Source: a virus
Lineage: Duplodnaviria > Caudoviricetes
Length of the DNA: 64,000 nt
Strand: one strand, 5' to 3'
Virus record (IMG/VR): IMGVR_UViG_3300046473_000190
Span: 1 to 64,000 of that record
Shown: positions 47,647-57,807 of the stretch, one piece after another
Position numbering within the stretch: position 1 is the stretch's first letter
Layout: the number at the start of each line of letters is the position of its first letter
Made by a program: the position numbers and the translations under genes
The notes under the pieces: model-generated
What the model was told of the DNA's origin: nothing
The model's input: the letters and a program-made list of their open reading frames with translations, nothing else
Database searches by the model: none

Positions 47647-48117
47647 ATGACAGACACGCTCGATATCAATCGCCCAAAACAAAACACCAAGACGCAAGTA
47701 CGCCGTGCTGGTAAGGCTAAGCTAGCCCTCATGCTAGAGGCCACAAGAGGCCTAGATATCAGCAAGTTAGCCGTAGACCATTTGGTCGATGTGCTAGAGT
47801 TCTATGCCCGAATGTGTAACGCCGATCCGTCAAATATGGCCTCATGGATGGATAAGCGAGCTGCAGTAGCCGCTAGGTTAGCACCGTATCAATCGCCCAC
47901 ATTTCAGGCTATTTCCGTAACGGGAAATCAGCAGGATCAGGCCAAACTCGCGCAAATGAGCGATGCGGAGTTAGCTATGGCGCTGAAAGCACGGGCTGAA
48001 GACCTCGGGATGGAAGTTAAGATACGGTCAAAGCTGGAGTATCGGGCGAAACACTTCGCGCGGACGATAGACGAAGAGATCCTCAATGGCCCGCAGCGGG
48101 AAGAGAACGAAGGTTGA
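47647..48117 (+). CDS. putative terminase small subunit
   Basis: AAARLAPYQSPTFQAISV motif; upstream of large terminase. Confidence 0.55.
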   Translation: MTDTLDINRPKQNTKTQVRRAGKAKLALMLEATRGLDISKLAVDHLVDVLEFYARMCNADPSNMASWMDKRAAVAARLAPYQSPTFQAISVTGNQQDQAKLAQMSDAELAMALKARAEDLGMEVKIRSKLEYRAKHFARTIDEEILNGPQREENEG

Positions 48118-48145
48118 CACCGTGCCAATAACGGTGTCATAAATA
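48114..48145 (+). promoter_or_regulatory. operator-like perfect inverted repeat overlapping TTGACA
   Basis: TGACACCGT-gccaata-ACGGTGTCA just before ATG 48151. Confidence 0.55.
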
Positions 48146-48150
48146 GTGCC

Positions 48151-48447
48151 ATGACTAAGATAGGTCCATACGAGGCGCAGCTTCGTTCCCAACGAGAGAC
48201 GGCATGGCAGGATCAGAGCCAGACAGAACGGCGCTCAGGGCGGTTGCGGTCTGCGCCAAGTGCGGTGTCTACGCCTTCACAATCCGCATCGATGTCTGTG
48301 GCGGCGATCGAGCCCATTGCATCGGCTGCGGTCAAGCGTGGGAGGCCCCGGATTGGCTCGCCCAAAACAATCCACCCCCAGCCTTGGAAGGCAATGGGCA
48401 TGTCTCGCCGCACTTGGTATCGCCGGAAGCGAGAAGGCGCATGTTAG
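48151..48447 (+). CDS. small DNA-binding protein (AT-hook-like + HTH-like)
   Basis: KRGRPRIG; PWKAMGMSRRTWYRRK. Confidence 0.55.
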   Translation: MTKIGPYEAQLRSQRETAWQDQSQTERRSGRLRSAPSAVSTPSQSASMSVAAIEPIASAAVKRGRPRIGSPKTIHPQPWKAMGMSRRTWYRRKREGAC

Positions 48448-48751
48448 CGTCAGAGCGACAAGCGCGCTGGCGGGCGGCGCGGAAGGCAAAGGCCAAGGGG
48501 GAAGCGTGACGGTTGAAATACCCATAGGCTACCCGGTTTCGGTGAAACGCCATAAAATACAACAGGGTCAATAGCTTTCTCATGATGACATATCACCAAC
48601 GGCAGTTTCGGCAATGACGGTCCAGCTAATGATAAATAGCCTTCTCATAGGCTTTGCCATAGGCGTCGTATTAGCCTTGGCATTTTTTTGGATACAAAAT
48701 AATGGATATCTTTGAGATGCATAATCCCATACACATCTGGCGGTTCCGGCA

Positions 48752-50065
48752 ATGACGGTTGAGCTGCTGGCGGGCGACTGCCTCGAGCTATTGCCGGCAT
48801 TGGCCGGGAACAGCGTGGATTCGTGCGTGACCGATCCGCCGTATCATTTGACCAGCATTGTTAAGAGATACAGTGCTCCCGATGCCGCTCCTTCAAGAGA
48901 TAAGCGCGGAATTAGCGGACCATTTGTGGGAGTTTCATCCGGCTTCATGGGCAAGCAATGGGATGGCGGGGACATAGCGTTTCGGCCCGATGTCTGGCGC
49001 GAGGTGTATCGTGTCCTCAGGCCTGGCGCGCACCTCTTAGCCTTCGGCGGCACGCGCACCTATCACCGCCTGGCCTGCGCGATCGAGGATGCGGGGTTCG
49101 AGATACGCGATACGATCATGTGGGTTTACGGGAGCGGATTTCCCAAAAGTCATTCCGTCAGCGTTGCGATAGACAAATCAAACGGCGTTGCTCCGCGTAG
49201 TAAAGCTTTCAACATGAAGGGACGCGGCGACCGCGCCGAAGAAATGGACACTAATGGGCGCGAGTTTCTGCCACCATATGAAGCAACAACAGAGGCCGCC
49301 CGCCAATGGCAAGGCTGGGGCACTGCGCTTAAGCCCGCATGCGAGCCAGTCGTGCTCGCCCGCAAGCCGCTCTCGGAAAAGACGGTGGCGGCCAATGTGC
49401 TGCGGTGGGGAACCGGGGCGATAAATGTGGACGGGTGTCGAATTGAGACGAACGGCGAAGACAGATCAGCGCGATATAACAATAAGCCGCCGTTAGGTGA
49501 AGGCGACAACGTTAAATTTGGCAAGAGAGACGAAGTGTGGATCGCTCCAGAAGGCCGTTGGCCTGCCAATCTCATCCATGACGGCAGCGAGGAAGTGCTG
49601 GCGGGGTTTCCTGAGAGCGACGGAGGGGCCGTCTCCGACTATAATTGGAACGAAAGCAATAACGACAATCCTACACACGTAACCCGTAACATTAAGAGCG
49701 GAATTCATTTTGGCGACTCCGGCTCTGCCGCCCGCTTCTTTTATACGTCAAAAGCGGATCAAGACGATAGGTTGGGCAGTTGTCATCCAACGGTGAAACC
49801 GCTGGACTTGATGCAATACCTTGTCCGGCTGGTGACACCGCCCAAGGGCCTCGTCCTTGATCCGTTTGCCGGTACTGGCACAACCGGCGAGGCGGCGTTT
49901 CGGGAGGGGATGCGTGCGGTGCTGATCGAGCGCGAGGCGGAGTATCAAGCGGACATCAAGCGGCGCATAGCGATGCTGCTGGGCGGGCCGGAGGAGCGGG
50001 CGCGCGAGGCCATCAAGGAGCGCATGAAGGACAAGCCGCGGGATGATGGGCCGTTATTCGCATGA
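48752..50065 (+). CDS. DNA N6-adenine/N4-cytosine methyltransferase (beta class)
   Basis: VTDPPY near N-terminus; HPTVKP; VLDPFAGTGTT near C-terminus. Confidence 0.92.
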   Translation: MTVELLAGDCLELLPALAGNSVDSCVTDPPYHLTSIVKRYSAPDAAPSRDKRGISGPFVGVSSGFMGKQWDGGDIAFRPDVWREVYRVLRPGAHLLAFGGTRTYHRLACAIEDAGFEIRDTIMWVYGSGFPKSHSVSVAIDKSNGVAPRSKAFNMKGRGDRAEEMDTNGREFLPPYEATTEAARQWQGWGTALKPACEPVVLARKPLSEKTVAANVLRWGTGAINVDGCRIETNGEDRSARYNNKPPLGEGDNVKFGKRDEVWIAPEGRWPANLIHDGSEEVLAGFPESDGGAVSDYNWNESNNDNPTHVTRNIKSGIHFGDSGSAARFFYTSKADQDDRLGSCHPTVKPLDLMQYLVRLVTPPKGLVLDPFAGTGTTGEAAFREGMRAVLIEREAEYQADIKRRIAMLLGGPEERAREAIKERMKDKPRDDGPLFA

Positions 50066-50298
50066 AAGCCGATGACCAAATCTTTACCACTCCCGGCGTT
50101 GTTTTAAATCGCATTGCGTCGGTGTTCCACTGTCCGAAGGATCGGATTGAGGAGGTATTGGAGGAACTTATGGAGCGGCCGATAGAGAGGGCGGCGGGGT
50201 CCGAGGCCAGGCTAGCGGTTATTCGGCGGGCTTTGAACACGCCGGAGGCAGCGAGTGTGATTGAGATGGCGCAGGTGTTTTGGGATGGGGCGAAGTGA
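50062..50298 (+). CDS. hypothetical protein
   Basis: ATGA overlap; 78 aa. Confidence 0.5.
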   Translation: MKADDQIFTTPGVVLNRIASVFHCPKDRIEEVLEELMERPIERAAGSEARLAVIRRALNTPEAASVIEMAQVFWDGAK

Positions 50299-52025
50299 AT
50301 ATTCAGATTGATACTCAAGCTCTGATTGACGAATGCGATCGCCGCAAGGCCATCGAGGCGCAGTCGCAGTATGGTTACTACGACAGTGTAGGAATACGAC
50401 AGTGTGGGTTAATAGCGTTCGTGCGGTATTTCTGGCCGGTGCTCGAGCCCGATGCGCCGTTCATCGATGGCTGGCCGCTCTGGGCGATGTGCGAGCATTT
50501 GGAGGCCATCACGCGGGGCGACATCATTCGGCTACTGATTAATGTGCCGCCTGGTTTTATGAAGTCCATGCTGACGAACATATTCTGGCCGGCGTGGGAG
50601 TGGGGGGCGATGGGGCATTCGAGCTATCGCTATGTGTGTTTTAGTTATTCGGCCTCGCTGACGGAGCGCGACAACGACAAGTTCCGGGTGTTGGTGGCGT
50701 CGGAGAGGTATCAGGCGCTATATGGGCCGGTTCGCATTGAGGCGGAACGTGCCATCACGCTGGAGAACAAGACGATAACGAAGGTGAAGAATGTCAGGAC
50801 GGGATGGAAGCTCGCTTCATCGGTCGGTGGTGTGGGTACCGGCGAGCGCGGGGACAGGGTCATCATCGATGACCCTCACAACGTTGTGGAATCGGAGTCG
50901 GAAATCGTTAGAGGTGAGACTATCCGATGGTTCCGGGAGTCTGTCAGTTCCCGACTCAATAATCTTGACACTGGGGCCATTGTCGTCATCGGACAGCGTG
51001 TTCACCAGTATGACGTATCTGGCATTATCCAGTCTCAGGATTTCGACTACGAGCATTTGATGATTCCGTGGGAGTTGGATCGGGATCGGGTGGTGGACGA
51101 GGACGGCAAGCCGTTTGAGACAGCGATAGGCTGGTATGATCCGCGGTTGGACGACGAGGACGGGGAAGAGGAACCGGCATGGCTGGACAGGTTCAGCGAA
51201 AGGGCGATGGATCGGACGCGGCTGGAGATCGGGCCGTATGCGTGGGCGGCGCAGTACCAGCAATCGCCTGCGCCGCGTGGTGGCGGATTATTCAAGCGTC
51301 ATTGGTGGAGGCCGTGGGAAACGAGCGACGGGCGGTATCCCCTTTTCAGCTATGTGATTGCGAGCCTGGACGTTGCTGTAACCGAAAAAGCGGAGAATAA
51401 TCCCAGCGGATTTACGGTATGGGGGATATTTCAGCCGGATGACAGCGAGAACCCGGCCATTATGCTGATTGACGCCTGGCGCAAGCGATTGAACATGCAT
51501 GGCGATCCGTCGCCGCGGATTATCACGGAAATCCCGCAGATCGGCGACGACCGGCAGACAGTGATTAATCGCAACGTAGCCTGGAAGCGGCGGACGAGCG
51601 AGGGCTGGGGACTGGTTGAATGGGTAGCTTATACGTGCCGGGTGAGGTGCGCGGATTTGCTGTTGATTGAATGCGAGAAGGGCGGCATTGTTGCGGCGCA
51701 GGAGATGCAGCGGCTTTACGGCGGGGAGAATTGGTCGGTGCATTTGCAGCCTGTGAAGGGGGACAAGCATGCGCGGGCGATGGCCGTTGTTCCGACATTT
51801 TCGCAGGGCAAGGTATATGCGCCGACCAAGGACTGGGCCGAGATGGTGATTGACGAGATGGAAGCGTTTCCGAAGCATCGCTATGACGACTTGACGGACT
51901 CGACCACGCAGGCCATTCGGTATTTCCGGGATGCCGGATTGGCGCGGACGGACGAGGAAATCCAAGCGGAGGTCTACGAGCGCGTGCGGCACAAGCCGCA
52001 ACCGAAGGCTCTTTATCCGGTGTAA
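50295..52025 (+). CDS. terL: terminase large subunit
   Basis: LLINVPPGFMKS (Walker A), GDRVIIDDPH (Walker B), YQQSPAPRGG, SLDVA, HRYDDLTDS nuclease motifs. Confidence 0.92.
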   Translation: MNIQIDTQALIDECDRRKAIEAQSQYGYYDSVGIRQCGLIAFVRYFWPVLEPDAPFIDGWPLWAMCEHLEAITRGDIIRLLINVPPGFMKSMLTNIFWPAWEWGAMGHSSYRYVCFSYSASLTERDNDKFRVLVASERYQALYGPVRIEAERAITLENKTITKVKNVRTGWKLASSVGGVGTGERGDRVIIDDPHNVVESESEIVRGETIRWFRESVSSRLNNLDTGAIVVIGQRVHQYDVSGIIQSQDFDYEHLMIPWELDRDRVVDEDGKPFETAIGWYDPRLDDEDGEEEPAWLDRFSERAMDRTRLEIGPYAWAAQYQQSPAPRGGGLFKRHWWRPWETSDGRYPLFSYVIASLDVAVTEKAENNPSGFTVWGIFQPDDSENPAIMLIDAWRKRLNMHGDPSPRIITEIPQIGDDRQTVINRNVAWKRRTSEGWGLVEWVAYTCRVRCADLLLIECEKGGIVAAQEMQRLYGGENWSVHLQPVKGDKHARAMAVVPTFSQGKVYAPTKDWAEMVIDEMEAFPKHRYDDLTDSTTQAIRYFRDAGLARTDEEIQAEVYERVRHKPQPKALYPV

Positions 52026-52178
52026 TCATGCTGGAATACACATCGAGCGGTTATACGTCTGAGGTCGAGTGGTGTTTGAGTGCATGGAAGCCGATGCTCT
52101 ATGAGTTCCCCGTTCCGTGGCCGGAGGGTACGGGGGCGTGTGTATGGTCGAGCTATGTTGTTTTGCCACGGTGATTGA

Positions 52179-52688
52179 ATGGGCCCCTACGAGGCATCGC
52201 TGCGTCAGGCGACGATAGAGCGGCGGCGGCGGCTGACGTTTCCGCAGCGGAAGGAAACGGAATGCCGGACAATCTTGTCTTGTACTTTCTCACCGCGGTC
52301 ATGTTCAGTTTTGCCGTCGTTGCCACCATCGGTCATTTCGTCCGGTAAGCCTCGATTGACCATTCATGCCGTCAAGGCGCGGGTGGCGGCGGCTTTCGGG
52401 ATATCCACGAAGAACAAGCGGATTTGGTTGCAAAGGCGCAGTGAGCGGATGTATAGCTCCCGGAATGTCGCGATGGCGTTGGCGAGGGAATTGGTTCCTG
52501 ACGCATCGTTTACGAAAATAGCACGGGCTTTTGGCGAGAGGTCTCATTGCACGGTTTTGCGGGCGTGCCGGTCGGTGGAAAGCCGGTGCAAAACGGATGA
52601 TGAATTCAGTTCGATGGTGTGGGGGTTACGGACGATATTGCGGGAGAATTTCGAGAGTGGAGAGGGGAATGGTCAAGAGACGGACTAG
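52179..52688 (+). CDS. protein with DnaA C-terminal (domain IV) HTH-like domain
   Basis: VKARVAAAFGIS..SRNVAMALARELVPDASFTKIARAFGERSHCTVLRACRSVE. Confidence 0.75.
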   Translation: MGPYEASLRQATIERRRRLTFPQRKETECRTILSCTFSPRSCSVLPSLPPSVISSGKPRLTIHAVKARVAAAFGISTKNKRIWLQRRSERMYSSRNVAMALARELVPDASFTKIARAFGERSHCTVLRACRSVESRCKTDDEFSSMVWGLRTILRENFESGEGNGQETD

Positions 52689-52938
52689 CAAGCGGCGGCC
52701 CGGCGGCGGCCGCCGGTCGGTGGGGCCGTATCGAGGGGTTCGGGAAACCATTACGCTTCGCATTACGGCGGACGTTGACGGGGGAATAAGGCAACATGCG
52801 AAGGCAAGGGGGTGGTCGATGGCGCAATCGGCCGAGCATTTGTTGCGGGAAGCGTTGGGGCTGGATGTTTACGAACTCGTTCACCGGGAGGTAAAAGATG
52901 GCATCACCGATTATATTGAGCGCGAAGCCGCTGAGTGA
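52666..52938 (+). CDS. ribbon-helix-helix protein
   Basis: RETITLRITADVDGGIRQHAKARGWSMAQSAEHLLREAL; start uncertain within ORF 52531..52938. Confidence 0.55.
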   Translation, partial: GMVKRRTSKRRPGGGRRSVGPYRGVRETITLRITADVDGGIRQHAKARGWSMAQSAEHLLREALGLDVYELVHREVKDGITDYIEREAAE

Positions 52939-53146
52939 AGCGCAGCGGGCTTGCGTGGACTTGCTCGAGGAGGCGCTGGGGGAGGCGCGCGCGGGAGTAA
53001 TCTATAGCATTGGCATTATTGCCTGCATGAAGACGGGCTATGCTACTGTCGTGGCGGGTCCGCATGCAGCGGACTTGAATCTGGGCTGCGACAGCCTGAA
53101 GAAGAAGATTCTGGCGGCTGTCGAGGAGGGGAACCGCAAGCTTTAG
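52898..53146 (+). CDS. hypothetical protein
   Basis: 82 aa ORF. Confidence 0.55.
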   Translation: MASPIILSAKPLSEAQRACVDLLEEALGEARAGVIYSIGIIACMKTGYATVVAGPHAADLNLGCDSLKKKILAAVEEGNRKL

Positions 53147-53242
53147 GGGGTTGCCGTGGCGGCCTATTACAACGAGAATGTCCCGCAAGTCGCGGCAGAA
53201 TTCATAATGGCGGCAATGCCGTGAACATGCTAGGAGGAGAGA

Positions 53243-53470
53243 ATGAAAGACATTGTTGAGGAACTGCGGACGGCGGCCCATGCACGAGCACTGGCCAATG
53301 TTGGCGAGCCGGTTCCCTATGATCCGGCATTAGGGGCGCTGCTTTACAATGCAGCGGCCGAAATCGAACGGCTGCGCGGGGGCCTGAATGTGCCGCAGCA
53401 AATTGCGGTCTCGTATTCCGAATTGGTCAAAGACCTGAAACACCACTTGCGCGGCGAAATCGATGGCTGA
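53243..53470 (+). CDS. hypothetical protein
   Basis: RBS AGGAGGAG; DIVEELR...AAAEIERLR. Confidence 0.6.
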   Translation: MKDIVEELRTAAHARALANVGEPVPYDPALGALLYNAAAEIERLRGGLNVPQQIAVSYSELVKDLKHHLRGEIDG

Positions 53471-53660
53471 CCGACCCACTAGGGATGAGATTGTCAAGGT
53501 GTTGCGCGATCTTGGCAACCTGCCTGCAGGCAAGTCCTATTGGGGGCCGGGAGATGGTCCAGACAATGACGGAATGTGGTGTATCGATTGGGTAGGATGG
53601 CCGATTTCTGATTATTTACTAGCGGCGGCTGACGAGATCGAGAAAGCGAAAGATGGCTGA
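53463..53660 (+). CDS. hypothetical protein
   Basis: overlapping starts/stops; AAADEIE motif shared with the previous ORF. Confidence 0.5.
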   Translation: MADRPTRDEIVKVLRDLGNLPAGKSYWGPGDGPDNDGMWCIDWVGWPISDYLLAAADEIEKAKDG

Positions 53661-55881
53661 CCCGGCCCAAGGAATTAGCGTTGTCATCGGCGATGATGAA
53701 GCCGATCCGGTCCGGATTGATCCGGTTACCGGCACGGTGGAGCACGATCAGGCCGACGGCAGCGTTATTGTCGAACTGGACAAGGTACGGAAGAATCGGG
53801 AAGGGCAGGCCTTCGACGCTAATCTGGCCGAGAGGATGGACGATAACGAGCTTTCCCGCATTGGCAACGAATTGCACCAGGCTATTTCGGACGATAACGA
53901 TTCCCGCGGGAACTGGCTCGAGATAAGGGCGCGGATTATTGATTTCTGTGGCCTGCAGATCAAGGAGCCGCGGGCCAATGTGGGCGATACGTCAGCGGCC
54001 GTCGAGGGGATGTCCACGGTAACCAATCCCTTGTTGCTCGAAGGCATATTGAAGGGATGGGCTAATGCCCAAGCGGAACTTCTCCCGAGCGAAGGTCCAG
54101 CCAAGATCGACGAACAAGACCACGAAACGCCGCAAAGCGATGAACTCGCGGAGGCATTGGAACGCGATTTTAATTACTACCTCACGGTCACGGCCACGGA
54201 ATATTATCCGGATACCAGTCACATGCTCTTGTGGGGTGTCTATCTTGGAGGGTCTGGATTTAAGAAGATTTATCGTTGCCCTATGCGACGACGTCCCGTC
54301 TCCGAAAGCGTTAGCCCTGAAAATCTCATAGTTTCTGATACCATGAAGGACATGCGATCGTGTGCGCGCATTACGCACCAGATCGAAATGCGCCAGTCCA
54401 TCATGCAGCGCATGAAGCTTTTGGGGGCCTATCGAGATACGCCGGCCACGACGCCGTCGCCGCCGACATCGACTGCGGTGGCGCAAGCGGTTGCGGGTGT
54501 TCAGGGAACCAGTCCGTCGCCGAGCGGGAAGCGGGAAGCGGATCGGCCATACATGCTTTGGGAATGCCAATGCGAACTTGATTTGCCGGATTATGCGCCC
54601 AGCGGGTTCAAGGGCGAGGGCATTCCGTTGCCGTATCTGGTGACGCTGGACAAGGACAGCCGGGAGGTCTTGGCAATTCGCCGGGATTGGAACGAGGACG
54701 ATGAGGACGCGCAGAGAAAGAGGCTCTACGTCAAGTATCCTTATGTTCCGGGCCCTGGTTTTTACGGCACTGGTCTTGGGCATATTCTTGGTAATTGCTC
54801 TGCTGCAATGACGGCGGCCTGGCGTGAGGCGCTGGATGCGGGGATGTTTGCGAATTTCCCGGCGTTTCTGTTGGCAAAGCTCGGTGGCCGGCAAAATACG
54901 TCCGATTATCGTCTGGCGGCCGGGACCGGCACCGCCATCGAAACCAATGGCATGCCGATCGGCAACGTAGTGACCAACCTGCCGTATCGCGATGTCACGT
55001 CCGGATTATTGACCCTGATCGACAAGATTACCGCGCAGGCGAAGGAACTTGGCGGCACGGCCGACATTCCGGCCTCGGAGGGTGTGGCCAATGTGCCGGT
55101 AGGAACCATGCTGGCGTCGATCGAGCAGGCGACGAAGGTCATGAGTGCCGCCCACAAGGGCATGCATCAGGCGCAGGCCGAAGAATTGCAGATGCTGGTG
55201 GACTTGTTTCGCGATCATCCGGAAGATTTTTGGCAACAGAACAAGAAATGCAAAGGATTTTGGGATGAAGCCAAGTTCAGGGCCGCCCTGGAGAATTGCT
55301 CCTTGGTGCCGCGAAGCGATCCGAACACTCCCTCGCACATCCATCGTGTTGCCAAGGCACTCGCCTTGGTTCAGATGCTCAACTCACCGGCCTTGGCTCA
55401 AGTCATGTCGGCCAAAGAGGTTGCTTTACGGGCGCTGGCCGTGTTGCGGGAGGATCCGACGAACCTGATTGTCGACCCGATGCCGCAGCCTGCGGGCGGG
55501 CAGGGAGCCGCGGCCGACCCGTTGGTCGGGCAGGCGCGCATGCTGTCGGCGCAAGCGCAGATTGCCAAAGTGCAGCAGGAGGGCCAGCAGGGTCAGATCA
55601 AGACGCAATTGGATCAGCAAAAACTGCAGGTCCAGAAGGATATCGCCACATCGCAATTGGCGCGCGAGTTCGTCATTCATCGCGGCGATCAGGTTAAGGA
55701 AGAGGCGGCGCAGCAGCATGTGCAGCATGAGGCCGATCGCGAACATGGGCTGGGAACGGCGCAATACGGACTCGATGTTGCCCGGCTGGGGTACGAACGG
55801 CAACAGGCCGACAGGGAACACGCCCTGAATGTTCACGAGGCATTGAATCCGCCGGAACCCGCCAAGCCGAAAAGCAAATGA
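53653..55881 (+). CDS. portal protein
   Basis: 742 aa downstream of terL; FNYYLT, GSGFKKIY, YVPGPGFYGTGLGHILG; helical Q-rich C-terminal barrel. Confidence 0.8.
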   Translation: MADPAQGISVVIGDDEADPVRIDPVTGTVEHDQADGSVIVELDKVRKNREGQAFDANLAERMDDNELSRIGNELHQAISDDNDSRGNWLEIRARIIDFCGLQIKEPRANVGDTSAAVEGMSTVTNPLLLEGILKGWANAQAELLPSEGPAKIDEQDHETPQSDELAEALERDFNYYLTVTATEYYPDTSHMLLWGVYLGGSGFKKIYRCPMRRRPVSESVSPENLIVSDTMKDMRSCARITHQIEMRQSIMQRMKLLGAYRDTPATTPSPPTSTAVAQAVAGVQGTSPSPSGKREADRPYMLWECQCELDLPDYAPSGFKGEGIPLPYLVTLDKDSREVLAIRRDWNEDDEDAQRKRLYVKYPYVPGPGFYGTGLGHILGNCSAAMTAAWREALDAGMFANFPAFLLAKLGGRQNTSDYRLAAGTGTAIETNGMPIGNVVTNLPYRDVTSGLLTLIDKITAQAKELGGTADIPASEGVANVPVGTMLASIEQATKVMSAAHKGMHQAQAEELQMLVDLFRDHPEDFWQQNKKCKGFWDEAKFRAALENCSLVPRSDPNTPSHIHRVAKALALVQMLNSPALAQVMSAKEVALRALAVLREDPTNLIVDPMPQPAGGQGAAADPLVGQARMLSAQAQIAKVQQEGQQGQIKTQLDQQKLQVQKDIATSQLAREFVIHRGDQVKEEAAQQHVQHEADREHGLGTAQYGLDVARLGYERQQADREHALNVHEALNPPEPAKPKSK

Positions 55882-56357
55882 CAAAACTATGCAATACGGG
55901 CTGGGAGGCCGATCGGCTTTACAAGAATTCGGTCACGGCAACATTTACGACACCGAGTCATCCGATCAATCTCCAGGGCTACCGCTTCAAGCTGGCGATG
56001 ATCCCGAGCGACGCCCCGTTCATCGGTACCTATGCCAGCGCGCAAGTATTGTTCTGGTGCGCCGTATTCGGGATTCAGAACACCGACGATTGGGGTTCGG
56101 TTGTGTTGGCGGACGCGACCGGCGCCAAGCAGAACCTCCACGGTGGGGCGACTGCCAACACCAACATCATAGCGGTATCGATTCTCAAGGCATCGCCCTG
56201 GACAAGCGCCGTGAATGATTACATTGCCGAGTCCGGCTGGTCGATCACGGTGCCGCCAAAATCTACGGTGCAGATGTTTGCGGCACACGCGGGGCAGGGG
56301 CCGGTGGATTTTGAGGTCCAGGGCGGATTGATCTATGGCGCAGTGGGAGGTACGTGA
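55878..56357 (+). CDS. hypothetical protein
   Basis: ATGA overlap; 159 aa. Confidence 0.55.
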   Translation: MTKLCNTGWEADRLYKNSVTATFTTPSHPINLQGYRFKLAMIPSDAPFIGTYASAQVLFWCAVFGIQNTDDWGSVVLADATGAKQNLHGGATANTNIIAVSILKASPWTSAVNDYIAESGWSITVPPKSTVQMFAAHAGQGPVDFEVQGGLIYGAVGGT

Positions 56358-56656
56358 TGGGCATTCTGGCTGATATCAAAGCATTTTTTCATTCCCTGTT
56401 CGGTCGCTTGCCGCTGACGGACCAGGAAAAGGCCGCCGCGCTTCAGAAGAAGGCGATGGAATTCGGCGAAGAACTGGACTGGCGGCATTCCATTGTGGAT
56501 CTAATGAAATTGACGGGGCAGGACAGTAGCCTGGCCGCAAGGGCAAGATTGGCCAAGGAGGTGGGGTTCGTCGGTCAGTTCACCGGCACCGCCGACGAAA
56601 ACGAATGGCTTTATGAGGAGGTCTGGTCTCGGTTGGGGTTAAAGGATTTTCCGTGA
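56354..56656 (+). CDS. DUF3597-like protein
   Basis: LDWRHSIVDLMKLTGQDSSLAARARLAKEVGF..G.ADENEWL. Confidence 0.7.
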   Translation: MMGILADIKAFFHSLFGRLPLTDQEKAAALQKKAMEFGEELDWRHSIVDLMKLTGQDSSLAARARLAKEVGFVGQFTGTADENEWLYEEVWSRLGLKDFP

Positions 56657-56901
56657 ATCGGCTGGAAATCGTGTTGGTGTGTGTCTTATTTATCTGGGGC
56701 GCAGCATTTTTGGTTTTTGCAGTTGGCCCTTATTTCTTTTAAGGACGGTCAGGTGATGACGCCGTTATGGTTCTGGGCGGACGAGTATTGCGAAGCCGTG
56801 GCACGAAGTTATGTCAGAATTTGCAATGCTGGCGGGTCGTGCGGGAACGGTATCGAATGGTCTGTGCCCAAGAAATGGATGAGACCCTTTGAAAAAGACG
56901 A

Positions 56902-57762
56902 ATGGCTGTGGCAATGGCTTTGAAAACCAAGCAATGCAAGCACGGCAAATTCACCTACTACGACAACGATCGTTATATCGGCAAGCAATTGGACGTTCTT
57001 GGCTATTACAGCGAGAATGAAGTGCAGCTTCTGCTGAAGTTGGGGGGAGTTAATTTTGGTGTGGTTATTGATGTTGGGGCTAATATCGGCGCGCTGACGG
57101 TTCCGTTGGCCAAGGTCATCGACAAGGTTTATGCGTTCGAGCCGCAGCCGGCAATTTATGACTTGCTGTGCGCCAATATCATGCAGAACAACCTGACGAA
57201 CGTAATTGCGAAAAAGGCGGCGGTTGGGTCCAAAAGCGGAGTAGCGGAAGTGCCGCGGTATGACATGGATGCTCCCGATATGAACACGGGAGCGGTTGCC
57301 GTCGTGCCAATTCCGAAGGGAATAGAGATACCGGACGAGGCCGTTGTGGTGCCGATGGAAAAACTGGACAATCTGGTTCGTACCCGATGGCCCGTCAGGC
57401 TGATAAAAATCGACGTCGAGGGCATGGAAAGCGATGTTCTCAAAGGCGCGAAACGAATTATTACGAATGACAGGCCCGTGCTTTATCTCGAAAATAATAC
57501 GCCTGGGACGCCGGAATCGAAGGCGCTCATCCAGCAGATCATGGATATGGGTTATCAGTTGGAATGGCATTTGCCGGTTCTGGAATGTTTGACGAACGCC
57601 ACGCACCGGACGCTGACATTGTCCTCGAACATGGTCTGCGTAACGCCGCGGCACGTGGTGAGTAGTGCTCACGGGCCGGATTTCCATCCGATCACTAGCC
57701 CGGACGACAATTGGCACAATATTCCAAGTTATGCGCAGGCCATTGCGGCATGTGCGGGGTAG
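56902..57762 (+). CDS. FkbM-family SAM methyltransferase
   Basis: VIDVGANIG, VYAFEPQP, LIKIDVEGMESDVLKGA. Confidence 0.9.
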   Translation: MAVAMALKTKQCKHGKFTYYDNDRYIGKQLDVLGYYSENEVQLLLKLGGVNFGVVIDVGANIGALTVPLAKVIDKVYAFEPQPAIYDLLCANIMQNNLTNVIAKKAAVGSKSGVAEVPRYDMDAPDMNTGAVAVVPIPKGIEIPDEAVVVPMEKLDNLVRTRWPVRLIKIDVEGMESDVLKGAKRIITNDRPVLYLENNTPGTPESKALIQQIMDMGYQLEWHLPVLECLTNATHRTLTLSSNMVCVTPRHVVSSAHGPDFHPITSPDDNWHNIPSYAQAIAACAG

Positions 57763-57807
57763 TGGTAAATATGAAATTCACCTTGCAAGGCTTGAAGGAC
57801 ACGCTAG

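Noticed and set aside
53992-54894. Long antisense ORFs (also 60469-61830, 56809-57717, 24589-25281, 5819-6520, 4172-4772)
   Set aside because: They are shadows of well-supported + strand genes, expected from GC-rich codon bias, and have no motifs or RBS.
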